DNA of 64,000 bases from Diplonema japonicum (taxonomy: Eukaryota; Protista; Euglenozoa: Diplonemea): positions 186,001 to 250,000 of the forward strand of contig OZ025706.1 of the NCBI GenBank assembly GCA_964019335.1, written 5' to 3'. Under the pieces are notes generated by a model. The model saw only the letters and a program-made list of their open reading frames with translations, was not told the DNA's origin and did no database searches. This document shows, piece after piece, positions 1 to 10,600 of the stretch; the first letter of the stretch is position 1; every line of letters begins with the position of its first letter. The translations under genes were made by a program, and so were the position numbers.

Positions 1-1775
1 GTCGTAACAGTTGATTCCACAAATTGTATGATTCGCTGGTATTCGGTGTCCGGTATTCCGGTTCGCCTTATAGACACCATCAGTAAAGAAGCTTTACTGT
101 ACGTGCTTGTTCCGAGCTTTACACGAGAGACCTGAACTGGTGGGAAGGAATTATTTGATTCAGAATGCTTTCGGGAAGAAGCCGCTGCTTCCGATCGTTC
201 CTCGTCGGTGGCGAGGGTGAGATCGTGTTGTGAATCGAGAGTGTGTTGTTCCTGCGTGCTTTGTGTGTTGTCCGCGAACAGTGTGTTTGGGAGGAACGCT
301 TTGTACGCGCGGAGATTCTCCACTGAGTATTGGAAACCCTTCACAAGCTGCACGATTTGAATAATCGAAACGTGGTTGTTCAAGATGTCGTCTAGCTGGA
401 TGGCTGCACTGTCCAAATCCATAACCTCCAACGCAGGGAGTGCTAACGTGATCTTGTTGAGAGGCTTCCCTACAAGGAACACCTCGATCAAGGCGAGGCC
501 CATGTCGAAAATCAGTACCGTTACAGAGAAGACCACCAGCAGGATCAGAACGTTGTTGATCGCGCTGTGAAGCGAGGACACAGACCGCATCCACAGGATG
601 TACGCGGATATAGTCGGTGCCTCACCTGGCGGGGCCCAGTGTTTTAAAAGCTGCGAGCGAACGAAATGTGTCGATGTGACTGTGAAGACTCGTTGCCCCT
701 GCTCGGCCTTCACAGACCCCCACGACCCACGGACATCGCTGCTCATGTCGCTCAGCTTTGTAACGCACTCTTTGATGTCATCGCGTATCCAGTAACCCCT
801 TCCGACCTTCACGTCCCAGCATGCTTGGTTCACAAGCTCGTCGCCTGTTGTAGCTGCGTATATGAACTCCGTGTGTTTATCAAGCACAACCACTGTGGCC
901 TCGTGGTCCTTCGCGTACAGGGAGATCGTCTCGTTCCACGTGTTGAACACAAACGACGCCTGCAGCATGACCAGCTTGTATCCGGACCATGGGTGCGGGG
1001 CGGGTGGGGGCACGAAGAACATGTCATACGCCATGTACACAAAGGAGTTCCCGTCCGACGCGTAGTACGGAGCAGGCTGTCTCCATCTGGTGAAGGCCGC
1101 AGGGGCAGGACCAACCTGGAAACCCGGCGCGAGGTAGGATAGATTTCTGAAGCCTTGCGGCCAGTCTCCTGTGTGTTCACGCATGTATGAGTAGACCATC
1201 GTAGTGTTGTACGCATTGGTGATGAGCTGCCCAGTGTCTTGGTCCATTGAGTGTCCAAGGACAACAGGGGCGTGGATACCATTCTTGTTTGTCCATTGCT
1301 GCCCGTCATCAAACAGCCCGTTGTGGTACCTCGCGTAGATGTACTCTCTGTCCCCGTTCTTCTTGGGGTCGTACCACACATGATCATAGAGCATTGTCTC
1401 GTCATGGCTGTAGTTGTAGGCGTGGAGTGCAATTCCTACCTCATATAATGTTTTGCTCTTCGACACTCTGGACCACGCGTGCCATCTGTTGACGTTCGCC
1501 CACTGCCGTGCGTCGTTCTTGCTGTACCTGTTCCCTACCATCACCGAGTCGCTGTAGTAGAATGGGAGGAGCGCGCTTGCTGTAGACACCGAGTCTTCGA
1601 AGCACTTGTTGATCTCGATCCTGAGGGACTCGACTTCACCTTTGCTGATGTCCTCCACGGTTTGCCGCAGAAGCGCTACGCTCTGGAAGTACATCATCAG
1701 GCCTCCTCCGAGGGAGGTCATCGTTGAGAGTAGTGTCGTCAGCACGATGAGCTTGATGATGTCTAGCTGCATCAT
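1..1775 (-). CDS. Receptor-type adenylate/guanylate cyclase-like membrane protein, 3' end runs off the window
   Basis: Absent from the ORF track because the frame has no stop before base 1. Hand translation from ATG 1775: MMQLDIIKLIVLTTLLSTMTSLGGGLMMYF (N-terminal hydrophobic helix), large extracellular region, second TM segment (VLILLVVFSVTVLIFDMGLALIEVFLV), HAMP-like linker, then VENLRAYKAFLP, the junction motif that precedes the cyclase domain in protist receptor cyclases. The catalytic domain is mostly outside the window. Confidence 0.7.
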   Translation of the reverse strand, partial: MMQLDIIKLIVLTTLLSTMTSLGGGLMMYFQSVALLRQTVEDISKGEVESLRIEINKCFEDSVSTASALLPFYYSDSVMVGNRYSKNDARQWANVNRWHAWSRVSKSKTLYEVGIALHAYNYSHDETMLYDHVWYDPKKNGDREYIYARYHNGLFDDGQQWTNKNGIHAPVVLGHSMDQDTGQLITNAYNTTMVYSYMREHTGDWPQGFRNLSYLAPGFQVGPAPAAFTRWRQPAPYYASDGNSFVYMAYDMFFVPPPAPHPWSGYKLVMLQASFVFNTWNETISLYAKDHEATVVVLDKHTEFIYAATTGDELVNQACWDVKVGRGYWIRDDIKECVTKLSDMSSDVRGSWGSVKAEQGQRVFTVTSTHFVRSQLLKHWAPPGEAPTISAYILWMRSVSSLHSAINNVLILLVVFSVTVLIFDMGLALIEVFLVGKPLNKITLALPALEVMDLDSAAIQLDDILNNHVSIIQIVQLVKGFQYSVENLRAYKAFLPNTLFADNTQSTQEQHTLDSQHDLTLATDEERSEAAASSRKHSESNNSFPPVQVSRVKLGTSTYSKASLLMVSIRRTGIPDTEYQRIIQFVESTVT

Positions 1776-2050
1776 TTTTTTTCTTTTTTTGGGGGTTGTT
1801 TTGTGTTGTTGAAATTATTGTGTAGATAAACAAATAGTAGGTTTGTGTCCACGTGTGTGGACCACCCTTTTTATTTTATTCTCGCTTATTTACCCCTGTG
1901 TTGGTAATGAGATTTTTAGTATGTTCACACCTGTGGGTGGGAACAAAAAAACAAAAACAAAAAACTGTGCTACCCTACTTCTTTGCTTGGGACGGAAGTC
2001 CGCAGCCTACAAAAAAAAAAACCAGTGCTCCTTCCATTCTCCTCCCTTTT

Positions 2051-3532
2051 TCAACTTTTTCTCGTCAGAATGCTATCAATAACGATCATCTCCTTCCGTG
2101 TGAACAATCCGTTGTAACACAAGTTGACTGACGTGCTCGGCTGGTTAGGCAAAGGGTCCAAAAATGTAGGGGGGAGACACAGCTGAGCGGCCTCCTGGGC
2201 AGCGGTGGGGAGGTGCCCGTCAGTGTAAAGCAAGAGGGGCAGAGGGTGCCCGGTTTCAGCAGAATGCTGCAGAGTTTCGAGGTCGCTCTTGAGCTTGCTG
2301 GGGATCAGGTCGGTGTCTACCTTCTTGAGGATGCTGGTGTATTGAGTCATTTGAGTAAGGTCTGTGCCTTGGATCTCAGCTTGTGCAACGAAACGTTGAG
2401 CGATTGTGCTTTCCAGGTTGACGCGTGGATCGGGTTTTTTGGTGGCGGTTTCCAACTTCCGACGGCGGTGTGAGACCACTAAACAACCCAGGACAACGTA
2501 AGCGGCAGCAACCATGCTCCTTCCTAGTTGAGTTTTAAGATACGGTTCTTGTTTGACCTCCGTGTTGAACCTGCTTCGTTCCTTCGCCACCATCGCTGAC
2601 ACCGCTTCTGTTGAGTTTGCCGGGGGTTCAAATTCAAATATTTTTTTCACGCACGTTGTCGATGCCTTGGGGAGCTCCTTGCCCTTCCGCTTCCCGTTTA
2701 AAAGCTGCACCCACTGCAGCTGTTTATCCGGATCCGCGTCGTGCTCCCTCACACTGTTCACGGGCACTTCAACAAAAACAGTTTCTTGATCTTTATTCTT
2801 CGCCGCTTGGTTCATGAGGTCCGGAGTCTGCGGGCGCATCACTCTGCTGAAACCTGATGCTCGCAATCCTTCTTTTTTTATGAATTTCGCGGGTTTTCGA
2901 TGTGCCAAACCGTCTCTTTTGTAGTGCGCGGTTCGTTGCAGCTCCTTCCTGGCCATAATCGCTTCGGTGTAGTCAGCTTTGCGGTGTTGTTGCAGCCAAG
3001 CGAAAAGCCTGGTTAATTCTTTTCTATGATTCGAGAGGGGTGGCGCCTGTCGTGTCTCAGAGTCATGAGGAACAGCAGCAATGCACGCAATGGAGTTCAA
3101 AAGGGGGTCGGACAGATTTTGCAGCCCTGTGTTTCGCGATTGTAGACCACTGAGGTGGAGCTTCGCGGCTTCTCGTTCTTTTGGTTCCTGTCGCGTTTGT
3201 TCTTTGACAAGAGGCGCCCTGCTTCCCAGGTGGTTGCCCTTTAGCATGGCCTTGACAGTTTTTTCCCTCTGTATGCTTCCTTGTTTCGCAACGGTGTTTA
3301 GCTTTCTCACTGTACCCTTCTTGAGGTTCATATCCAAGCTGCCGCCCCCTTGCGGCCCTAAGATGGCCAGGGTCTCGTGAGCTAGTCGTCGCTTCATTGC
3401 GATGTTCTTTAGCCGTTTGTTCCGTCTAGCTACAGAGGTTTGAACCTCCTGAAGACCCGTCATGTTGTCGGCCATTCTTATTATTTTCTTATTTTCTCTT
3501 CCAGCCTTTTCAGTATGCAGTGAGGTAGACAT
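2051..3532 (-). CDS. Hypothetical basic protein (493 aa; alternative start 3475)
   Basis: Long open frame with normal composition on the common gene strand; no recognisable motif. Confidence 0.65.
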   Translation of the reverse strand: MSTSLHTEKAGRENKKIIRMADNMTGLQEVQTSVARRNKRLKNIAMKRRLAHETLAILGPQGGGSLDMNLKKGTVRKLNTVAKQGSIQREKTVKAMLKGNHLGSRAPLVKEQTRQEPKEREAAKLHLSGLQSRNTGLQNLSDPLLNSIACIAAVPHDSETRQAPPLSNHRKELTRLFAWLQQHRKADYTEAIMARKELQRTAHYKRDGLAHRKPAKFIKKEGLRASGFSRVMRPQTPDLMNQAAKNKDQETVFVEVPVNSVREHDADPDKQLQWVQLLNGKRKGKELPKASTTCVKKIFEFEPPANSTEAVSAMVAKERSRFNTEVKQEPYLKTQLGRSMVAAAYVVLGCLVVSHRRRKLETATKKPDPRVNLESTIAQRFVAQAEIQGTDLTQMTQYTSILKKVDTDLIPSKLKSDLETLQHSAETGHPLPLLLYTDGHLPTAAQEAAQLCLPPTFLDPLPNQPSTSVNLCYNGLFTRKEMIVIDSILTRKS

Positions 3533-3583
3533 AGATAAGAAACGAAGAAAAAAAAAGGGGGGGGGGTGAAATAAAAAAAAACA

Positions 3584-5479
3584 CTATCTTTTCTTCTCTT
3601 CCGTTCTTATCAACACAGTCCCGTCGCTATTCGCAGTGGCGACCACGGCCCCTTCGGGGATAACAAAATCTTTCTCGTTGTAGCCGCTGAATTTTACGTC
3701 TTCTGAGGTCCCACCAATTTGAGTTGTTTTGAGGTTGTTGGGGAACTTCCCTGTCTTGGTCCTGTCGGGTATGAAAGATTGCATGATGAGGACCGTGTTG
3801 CGGCAGTTTTGGAAAAGCCCCGCCCCGAGCCGTTTGAGGTACACCTTGACCGCAGTGCAGTCACGGACTTCAATAAATTTGATATCGCCCTTCAACACAA
3901 TGGTGGCAGATCTGTAATTCCGTAAGACCCATGTGTCCTTGTTCAGGTCGATCCTCGGGTTCGGGGGGCTTGTCGTGCCCACCGAATGCCATTTTCTTGC
4001 GGGGTTTTTATTCGCAAGCTGCTCATCGACAGTCACATTGCTGACTTCTGTTGTGGGAGGGCCGTCTTTCCTCTTTCGAAGCAGGCTTTGCAATCTCTGA
4101 TCTCTCGACCGCAGGGAACTGTCCGGTTCCTTCCATTCCCCTTTCATCGCTGTCGATGCTTTCAAAGCTTTGTGCGACACCCCGTGGCTCTGCTGCTGCG
4201 GAGGGGGTCCAACCGAATCGGGCCTCACTACAGGCTTTGTATACTCTTTTAGATGATCCCTCAACCGGGCAGCTTCGTCCTTGTACCCTTGCATCCCTCT
4301 TCCAAGGATGTCGCACTGCTTCCTTGTGGCGTCGAGGTCCTCCAAGGTCTTCTTGTGCAGCGCGACGAATTTTTGCATGATCCTCCTTGTTCTTAACCCC
4401 CTCCGGGGGTTCTTTCTTTTTTTCCTTCTGTTTTCCGGACCACGCTCCACGGACATTGGTTCGTTCTCGATCCCTTCGATGTTGTCGGCCATCCATCCCT
4501 GCAGAACAGCCAAGTCCCTGCCGAAGTTTAAATCCTCTTGGTTACCAAACACAACAAGCACCTTCGACCTGAAGACTATCCAGTGGACCTCGTTAGCGCG
4601 TAGGGTTTTGTAAAGGTCCACGGGTAGGTCTTGATCGGCTGATGTGACCAGCAAACAGTTCCTGTAGAGGAACCCTATAGAGGCGAGGAATGGTTCTGAA
4701 CAGAGGTCGAACGAGAATGGCGTCCCGAAGATAAAAAGCTTGTTCGGCTCGTGGTGTGCCCGGCAGTGGTGGTAGACAAAGCCTGCCATGAAGGCGTCGA
4801 CTCCAGCATTATGGGCAGCGAGCATAGAAAGAGGCAAGATATCCAGTACCTTAGCCGATACACAGGTTTCTTTATATGTCTTTTCCAGGCTTGCAGGACG
4901 GGACGCTCGAAGCATTTGCCTCACGTCAATCACCTCAGGAAGGGCGGTGTGTACGCTGTTGATAAAACCTTCGAGTTTATCCGGGAGGCCCATGAAGTAG
5001 TCGCAGCACAGCATAATATCAAGTACACAGTGGAAGCCTACAATGGGTTTCTTGTGCATGGTGAGAACCTTCCACAGAACCACTTCTGCCAACGAGTGGT
5101 CCATCCCCGTAGCGATCCACTTGTTGAAGTCGAATCCGTTTTCCGCCAGAAATTTCACCGAATTGATGTTCGCTGTAAATTCCCGTCTCGGTGCCACGTA
5201 AAACGAGTAGATGGATTTGGCCTCGCCTTTTGAAAACACACATACTCCAACCTGCAACAGGCCGCATTTCTCGCTAAAGGACTTCATCTTTTCATATACC
5301 ATTTGAGGTCCCTGGCACGCCACCAGTTCTGGGAGCCCTGTAAATTCGCAGTCCACTGCTATAAACTCGGCTCCCTTAACATCGTCCGCAAACCTTTCCT
5401 TAACTTCATTCACATTGTTTGCTCCAACGTGCCTGACTCTCAGAGGCTTCTGCAGGCCGTACAGGCTTCGCCTCAGCAT
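3584..5479 (-). CDS. CAF1/PARN-family DEDDh ribonuclease with coiled coil and C-terminal C-CAP-like beta-helix; probable mitochondrial presequence
   Basis: IAVDCEFTG, QVGVCVF, FLAENGFDFNKW, IVGFHCVLD and HNAGVDAFM give an intact DEDDh set. N-terminus MLRRSLYGLQKPLRVRH. Confidence 0.85.
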   Translation of the reverse strand: MLRRSLYGLQKPLRVRHVGANNVNEVKERFADDVKGAEFIAVDCEFTGLPELVACQGPQMVYEKMKSFSEKCGLLQVGVCVFSKGEAKSIYSFYVAPRREFTANINSVKFLAENGFDFNKWIATGMDHSLAEVVLWKVLTMHKKPIVGFHCVLDIMLCCDYFMGLPDKLEGFINSVHTALPEVIDVRQMLRASRPASLEKTYKETCVSAKVLDILPLSMLAAHNAGVDAFMAGFVYHHCRAHHEPNKLFIFGTPFSFDLCSEPFLASIGFLYRNCLLVTSADQDLPVDLYKTLRANEVHWIVFRSKVLVVFGNQEDLNFGRDLAVLQGWMADNIEGIENEPMSVERGPENRRKKRKNPRRGLRTRRIMQKFVALHKKTLEDLDATRKQCDILGRGMQGYKDEAARLRDHLKEYTKPVVRPDSVGPPPQQQSHGVSHKALKASTAMKGEWKEPDSSLRSRDQRLQSLLRKRKDGPPTTEVSNVTVDEQLANKNPARKWHSVGTTSPPNPRIDLNKDTWVLRNYRSATIVLKGDIKFIEVRDCTAVKVYLKRLGAGLFQNCRNTVLIMQSFIPDRTKTGKFPNNLKTTQIGGTSEDVKFSGYNEKDFVIPEGAVVATANSDGTVLIRTEEKKR

Positions 5480-5766
5480 GCATTCCCGACACCCTTTGTT
5501 TTTGTATTATTATTTTTTTTTTTTTTTTTTTTAGTACAACATAATAAAAAGAAGAAGAAAAACAGAGAGGGAATAAAGAGGCTTTTTTTTCTTTTTTCTT
5601 TTTTTTTTTTCTCGAAGCGTCGTTTAAGAAGACGAAAGTATACCCCGCCTTTTCTCTTCAGTGGTTTCGACAATGTGCGAAGTTTTTGCACACACCGCAT
5701 CGAGGGGTCCACTGGAGAGAAGGGAGGTACAGTAAAGAAGAGAGCATACCTTTTTTTTTTTGTTTT

Positions 5767-5857
5767 AACAATATTATTGTCGAGACTAAAAACTAGTTGA
5801 TGGCAGCGTAATGAGCTATTTTATTAGGTAAAATTCCGCTCGTGCGCACAAACAAAT
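5767..5857 (+). repeat. ~90-bp dispersed repeat, copy 1
   Basis: Near-identical to the reverse complement of 42321..42405 (core AGTTGATGGCAGCGTAATGAGCTATTTTATTAGGTAAAA); this copy has a 7-nt insertion. Confidence 0.9.
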
Positions 5858-6405
5858 TTTGTTTTGTCGCCGTTACCCACAAAGCTGTTGGCGCTTTTCA
5901 TAGAGGTAACGGGAGAGGGGGGGGACAACCCCGTGTGGTGCGCTGTCCCCCTCCTTTGTTCTTTGCATAGTAGTTAAGCTGTAACAAGTAGCTTTTGAAA
6001 AAGAAAAGAAAAAAATGGAAACAAAAAAAAAGGGAAAAAAAAAAAAAAAGAAGGAGAGGAAGAATGCGAACGAGTGAGGAAGGGGGGGGGGATATTTTTC
6101 AAATAAACGATTGCCACAAGGAAAATAAAAAGGGACACAAAAAAAAACAATTGTGAAAAGAAGAAAAACAAAAAGCTCCAGGACACTGATTTCCATAGAG
6201 ACTCCGAACGGACAAAGGGAGGAAATGGTGTGGCGGGGCGGCAAAGAGAAGGGGCGTGACCCGGAGTCACGGAAAGCTCCCTTCCTTAAAAAAACCAGCA
6301 TGTCCCGCATCCCTTTTTATTAAAAGAAGAAAGTGTGCTACGTTTGTTCATTTCATTTTTTTTTTTTTTTTTTTAAAAAAAATATTTTCACCCTTTTTGC
6401 TGTCA

Positions 6406-7230
6406 TCATCCGATGAGCTTGCACCACTCAGGGACATCGCACCTCGCCCTGCACTGGGCGTACCACTGGTTCTGCTGGTAGCAGCGGGCGGGAGCCTCGC
6501 AGCACGAAGGGGAGTCAAGGCAGCTTCCCCACTCTGCGATAACAGGGCCGTTACAGATCCCTGCAGGAGGGGCGTTTGTTGGAACCGGTGTCGGGGCAGG
6601 GCTTGCGGTGTCCCCTGTTGGGGCCGGGGTGGGGAGGGTTGTCGGGACAGGGGTAGTGCTGCCCCCGTTGAAGTCGAGGTCGATGGCGTTGTAGAAGCTG
6701 GCCGCAGTGTCACCGACGTCCCAGATGGCGAGGACCACGTGGTAGCCACTCCTCGTCGGGACCGTGCACGAGTGCGTCACCACCATCGGTGGTTGCACCA
6801 TCGCCCCGTCCACCGTGCAGAAGGGGCTGCTCTCCAGGGTGTTCCTCCCCAGAGGGGTCACCCCGTTCCACTCCTCCTTCGTGATGTAGTACCTCCAGTC
6901 CCGCGTGATGTGGTTCGCCGTGAACTGCCACGTGAAGTCCACAGGGCCAGAGCTGATCGAGGTCTTCGCCCACCTCGTCGCCGACTGCTCGTTCAGGGCC
7001 GCCCAGTTGTCCTGTCCCGCCGCAGCAAGCGTCCCGTCCGAAGGCCCGCTGTCAGGGTACCTGTCCGCCCCCTCCACGCTCTGCGGTTCGTACTGCACCC
7101 CGCCGCAGTTCTTGTTCGACCCTTGCTTGCAAGCGTAGTTCCTCGACGCAGGTGCCTTCACGTAGCCGTGCCCGTGGGCCGATGCGAACAGCGTTGTCAC
7201 GCACACAAGGGAGCGCAGCATCATCGTCAT
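6406..7230 (-). CDS. Secreted AA10 lytic polysaccharide monooxygenase (GbpA/CBP21-like) + Pro/Thr linker + CBM1-like module
   Basis: Signal peptide ending SAHG|HGY (N-terminal His of the His-brace), CGGVQYEPQSVEG, WQFTANHITRDWRYYITK (second His), WDVGDTAASFYNAID. C-terminal EWGSC...CC...CYQQNQWYAQC pattern. Confidence 0.93.
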   Translation of the reverse strand: MTMMLRSLVCVTTLFASAHGHGYVKAPASRNYACKQGSNKNCGGVQYEPQSVEGADRYPDSGPSDGTLAAAGQDNWAALNEQSATRWAKTSISSGPVDFTWQFTANHITRDWRYYITKEEWNGVTPLGRNTLESSPFCTVDGAMVQPPMVVTHSCTVPTRSGYHVVLAIWDVGDTAASFYNAIDLDFNGGSTTPVPTTLPTPAPTGDTASPAPTPVPTNAPPAGICNGPVIAEWGSCLDSPSCCEAPARCYQQNQWYAQCRARCDVPEWCKLIG

Positions 7231-7643
7231 CTGTCTTTTGTTGTGTATGGAAAAGAGAAGGGTAAACGAGAAGAAAAACGGGTAACCTGTGTTTTATATG
7301 ACTAGTGACCTGAAAAGAAGCTATTTTTTAGAAACAAAAACTTTTTTAACTCTAATTTCTTTTTTCTTCTTCTTCTGTGTGGGTGATTATACAGATAACG
7401 GAGAGCACGGGAGGAAGGAGCAACAGCGTTTTAGGGAACAAAAAGAAAAAAAACAAAAAAAAGAGTGGGATGGAAAGAGAACAAAATACTTCAATTCGCT
7501 ATGCAGGAAGGGGGTGGGGGGTGACTGCTTTTGCATTCTAAGCTCCTGTGACGGAGTCTGCGCGGGACGAAGAGAAAAGACCCAGAGATAAGAGGGAATC
7601 TAAAGGGGCGGGGAAGGTAAATATCTAAAAAACCTTATTGCGA

Positions 7644-10600
7644 TTACCAGAACTTCCTGCGGGGGACAGTAGATGCAGACTGCGTATATTGTGTGACGTG
7701 TGATGTGTAATGACATACATCGTGCTGCTGTGGTTGCGCTGGCTGCTGCTGCTGCTCCTGTGGGGGGCCAGAGATGTTGTGCAGCAGCGCTTCGACCTGA
7801 AGAGCCAAGGCAGAGAGCCTTGCACCCGTTTCATCTGCCGGAGGCGGGATCGCTTCGATTGATGACACGTCAGGTAATTTCAGCGGCTGCGCTGCTGCGA
7901 TAAGCTCCACATCAAGGTCTTCTGTGCGGAGCGAGTCGGGGCTGTCGGGTGTAGTCGGCCGCTCAGTCATAATCGTCACTGCCGCCTGCGACTCTGGTGC
8001 ACTCTGCACATCAGGTATATGTACCTGTGTCAAAATAGAAGAATCCTTCAGCCCCCACTCTGCAGGCACTGACGGCGTTGAAGCAGTTGTATTGTTGTGT
8101 GCCGACATGGTGCGAGGTGCAGAGCTATTCCTTGACGAAGGTACAGAGGAGTGCCGCTCAGACCCGTACTGTGCAGGTATTGACATCGGCACCTCAGGGA
8201 GTGACTGCGAAGCCGGCGCCGAGATGCTCGAAGATTGCGGATACGATGACACAGACACCGCTGAAGCCGTCGCAGGAACCGAGCTGTGTGCAGAAGTCGG
8301 TGCCGTCGGCAGCGACGGGTGTTCTGGCTCCTCTGACACCTGTGATGTTACCACAGACTCACAGATGTTGGCAGACTCAGTTGGCTGTGTCATTTGGCTC
8401 TGCCAGCTGATCGATGTGTGCGCAGTAGGGACAGAAACAGGCACTTCTTGCTGGTGCGAATGGTCACCTGGCACCTTTCTCGTAGGGCTTATGCCCCGCC
8501 GCTTGTTGAGCTCGAGCACAGCCTCCTCATCCCTGAGGTCCAGCATCTTCGATTCCAGAAGCTTCACTTTGCTCATGAGATCTTGTGTGACCTGTTGAGG
8601 TAAGTAGTTTGTGCCTGAACACAATACCTGGTCGCTGCTCACAACAGGCTCCATGATGGAGGGGGGACGCGGTGCCGCGGGCATGACATGTGAGCCGTCA
8701 AGGATAGAGCCAAGCATGTCAAGCGCATTGGGAGGCAGCGCAGGTTGAGCACGTGGAGAGGGAGGCAAAGGGGGCAGCGTGGGTGTCTCACTCAGACTCC
8801 TCAGCGGGGGTGGTACCGAGCTAGTGTCGAGGAACGGCGCTTGCTGCGGCTGAGCTGGCACTTGCTGCTGGTAGGCCACTGGTCGTTGGAGTTGTGGTTG
8901 CTGTGGTCCCGGCAATTGAGTGCAAGTCTGTGGCATTGCCGGTGGGTGCCTTTCCCGTGTTGGCATCCGCTGCGGGTGGGCAGGTCGAGGCCGCTCGTAG
9001 GGAGTTGGTCTCAGCACAGACTTGGCAGGCCTAGTTGGTGAAAGCGGTCTGGGCATAGGCCTTGGCGGTGGTTGCACTGTAACACGCCGTGGCCGTTGTT
9101 GCACCCGCTCTTGTTGCGGATCTGGCACGTGCAGCTGGTGTTGATATTGATACTGAGGGCGAGGTATGGGAATCTGGTGGACCACAGGATTCTCCGGCAC
9201 TTGATGCATCGAAAGCGGTTGAGAGCTCAGAGGTGCAGCGGTACTAACGCTTTCAGGTAAAACAGGTCTATCCCCAACAAAGGACGAAAGAGGAGTGCCT
9301 GTGAAGCTGTTGCAGGGACCTGGCATGGACACAGGGCCTTCTGGCTCCAAGTTGACGTCTTCGGAGATGCTAAGCTTGGCGGTGATCTGCGATCCAGTCT
9401 CTCTGTCGTGAGGCGCGCTGCCCCTGCTTTCTGTAAGGGGCTGAATAACCTGACTTGGGAGGGACTGGCTCTGTAGAGCGTGGAGGGACTGCTGGTTGTG
9501 GACCAATTCTGTAGTGACATGCTTGCTGAGGTGCGCCTCGTGCTCCGCCTCGGCACGCAATCTAGCCTGCAGCTCCGCTTCAGCACTCTTCGTCATCTCA
9601 ATAGCCAGCATCTCGGCTGACGTCAGCTCTGTAACACTGCTCGTGTTCTCAACGGGCAGTGGCTCGACAAGCAGGGGTCGCCCCACGCTCTCAACAGGCA
9701 AGGGCAGTGTTGTGTTCTCGGGTAGCTGCAGCACTTCTCTTAAAATCTTTGCAATAGAATTATCCTGCATTGGCACCACAGTGCTTTCTTTCTTTCCAAG
9801 CTCTGGTTCAATATGGTCTACAGGCCTTGGCTGTGGCGGTGGTGCTTCTGCCATTGTTGCACACTTCAATCGTGTATTCTCCTCGCGCAGGTTCTTGATC
9901 TTGAGGTCTGACACAAGCTGAACTTGTTCCTCCCTCTCGTTCACCTCCAGCTGCGCAGTGCGCAGCTCTTCCCGCAGCTTGGCAAGCTGCAGTCGTGTCT
10001 TCTTTTTTATAAAGTCAACTTCTTGTTCTAAGTCCGAACGCGCGCCTTTTTCTTCTGTGACTCGCTGCTGCAGGTTGCTGACCTCACGGTGGTGGTGTTG
10101 TGTGGCTTGTTCAAATGCTTCCTGTGTAGTGTTGTGTTGCCCCAGAACCTCCATACCTCTAGCCGTTGCAATCTGTCCTGCAGGTCTCGTGTTGTAGGGC
10201 CTGCAGGCGACCGGGGTACGGGTGACGGCTCCTTTGACTTGCGTTCCCTGCCCTGCGACTTTTCGTGCTTGATGGACGATTCGATGGCTGCTATCCTGTC
10301 CTCTATGCTAAAAGAGGGCGCATCGGGTGGCTTCAAAGCCGTCTCCAGCTGCTGCACACGCTCGGCTAAAGCTCGCGTAGCGGAACGTGGCTCGCTTCGT
10401 TGTGGTGGCGACTCGGACTTGACATGAACGTTGCTCTTCGGCTTGCTGTGGCGCTCGGGCTCATTTTGTTCGCTTATTTTAGGAAGCGAAGGGTGTGATG
10501 GAAGGGACCACTGCTGTACGGGACGCACCTCTCTGATCTGAGTGACGGACGCATCAGGAGTAGTCATGTTCCTAACTAACTCCCGCACAGAGCCTTGCGG

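Noticed and set aside
160-1833. Track ORFs in the first 1.8 kb as separate genes
   Set aside because: All overlap the single uninterrupted minus-strand frame starting at 1775.
6256-7305. 349-aa plus-strand ORF
   Set aside because: Antisense shadow of the LPMO gene, with homopolymer-derived ends.
10149-10156. 8-nt micro-intron GTATGGAG or programmed frameshift joining two ORFs
   Set aside because: The 35-nt GT..CAG intron from the same donor restores the same frame and fits the size and acceptor of the other introns.
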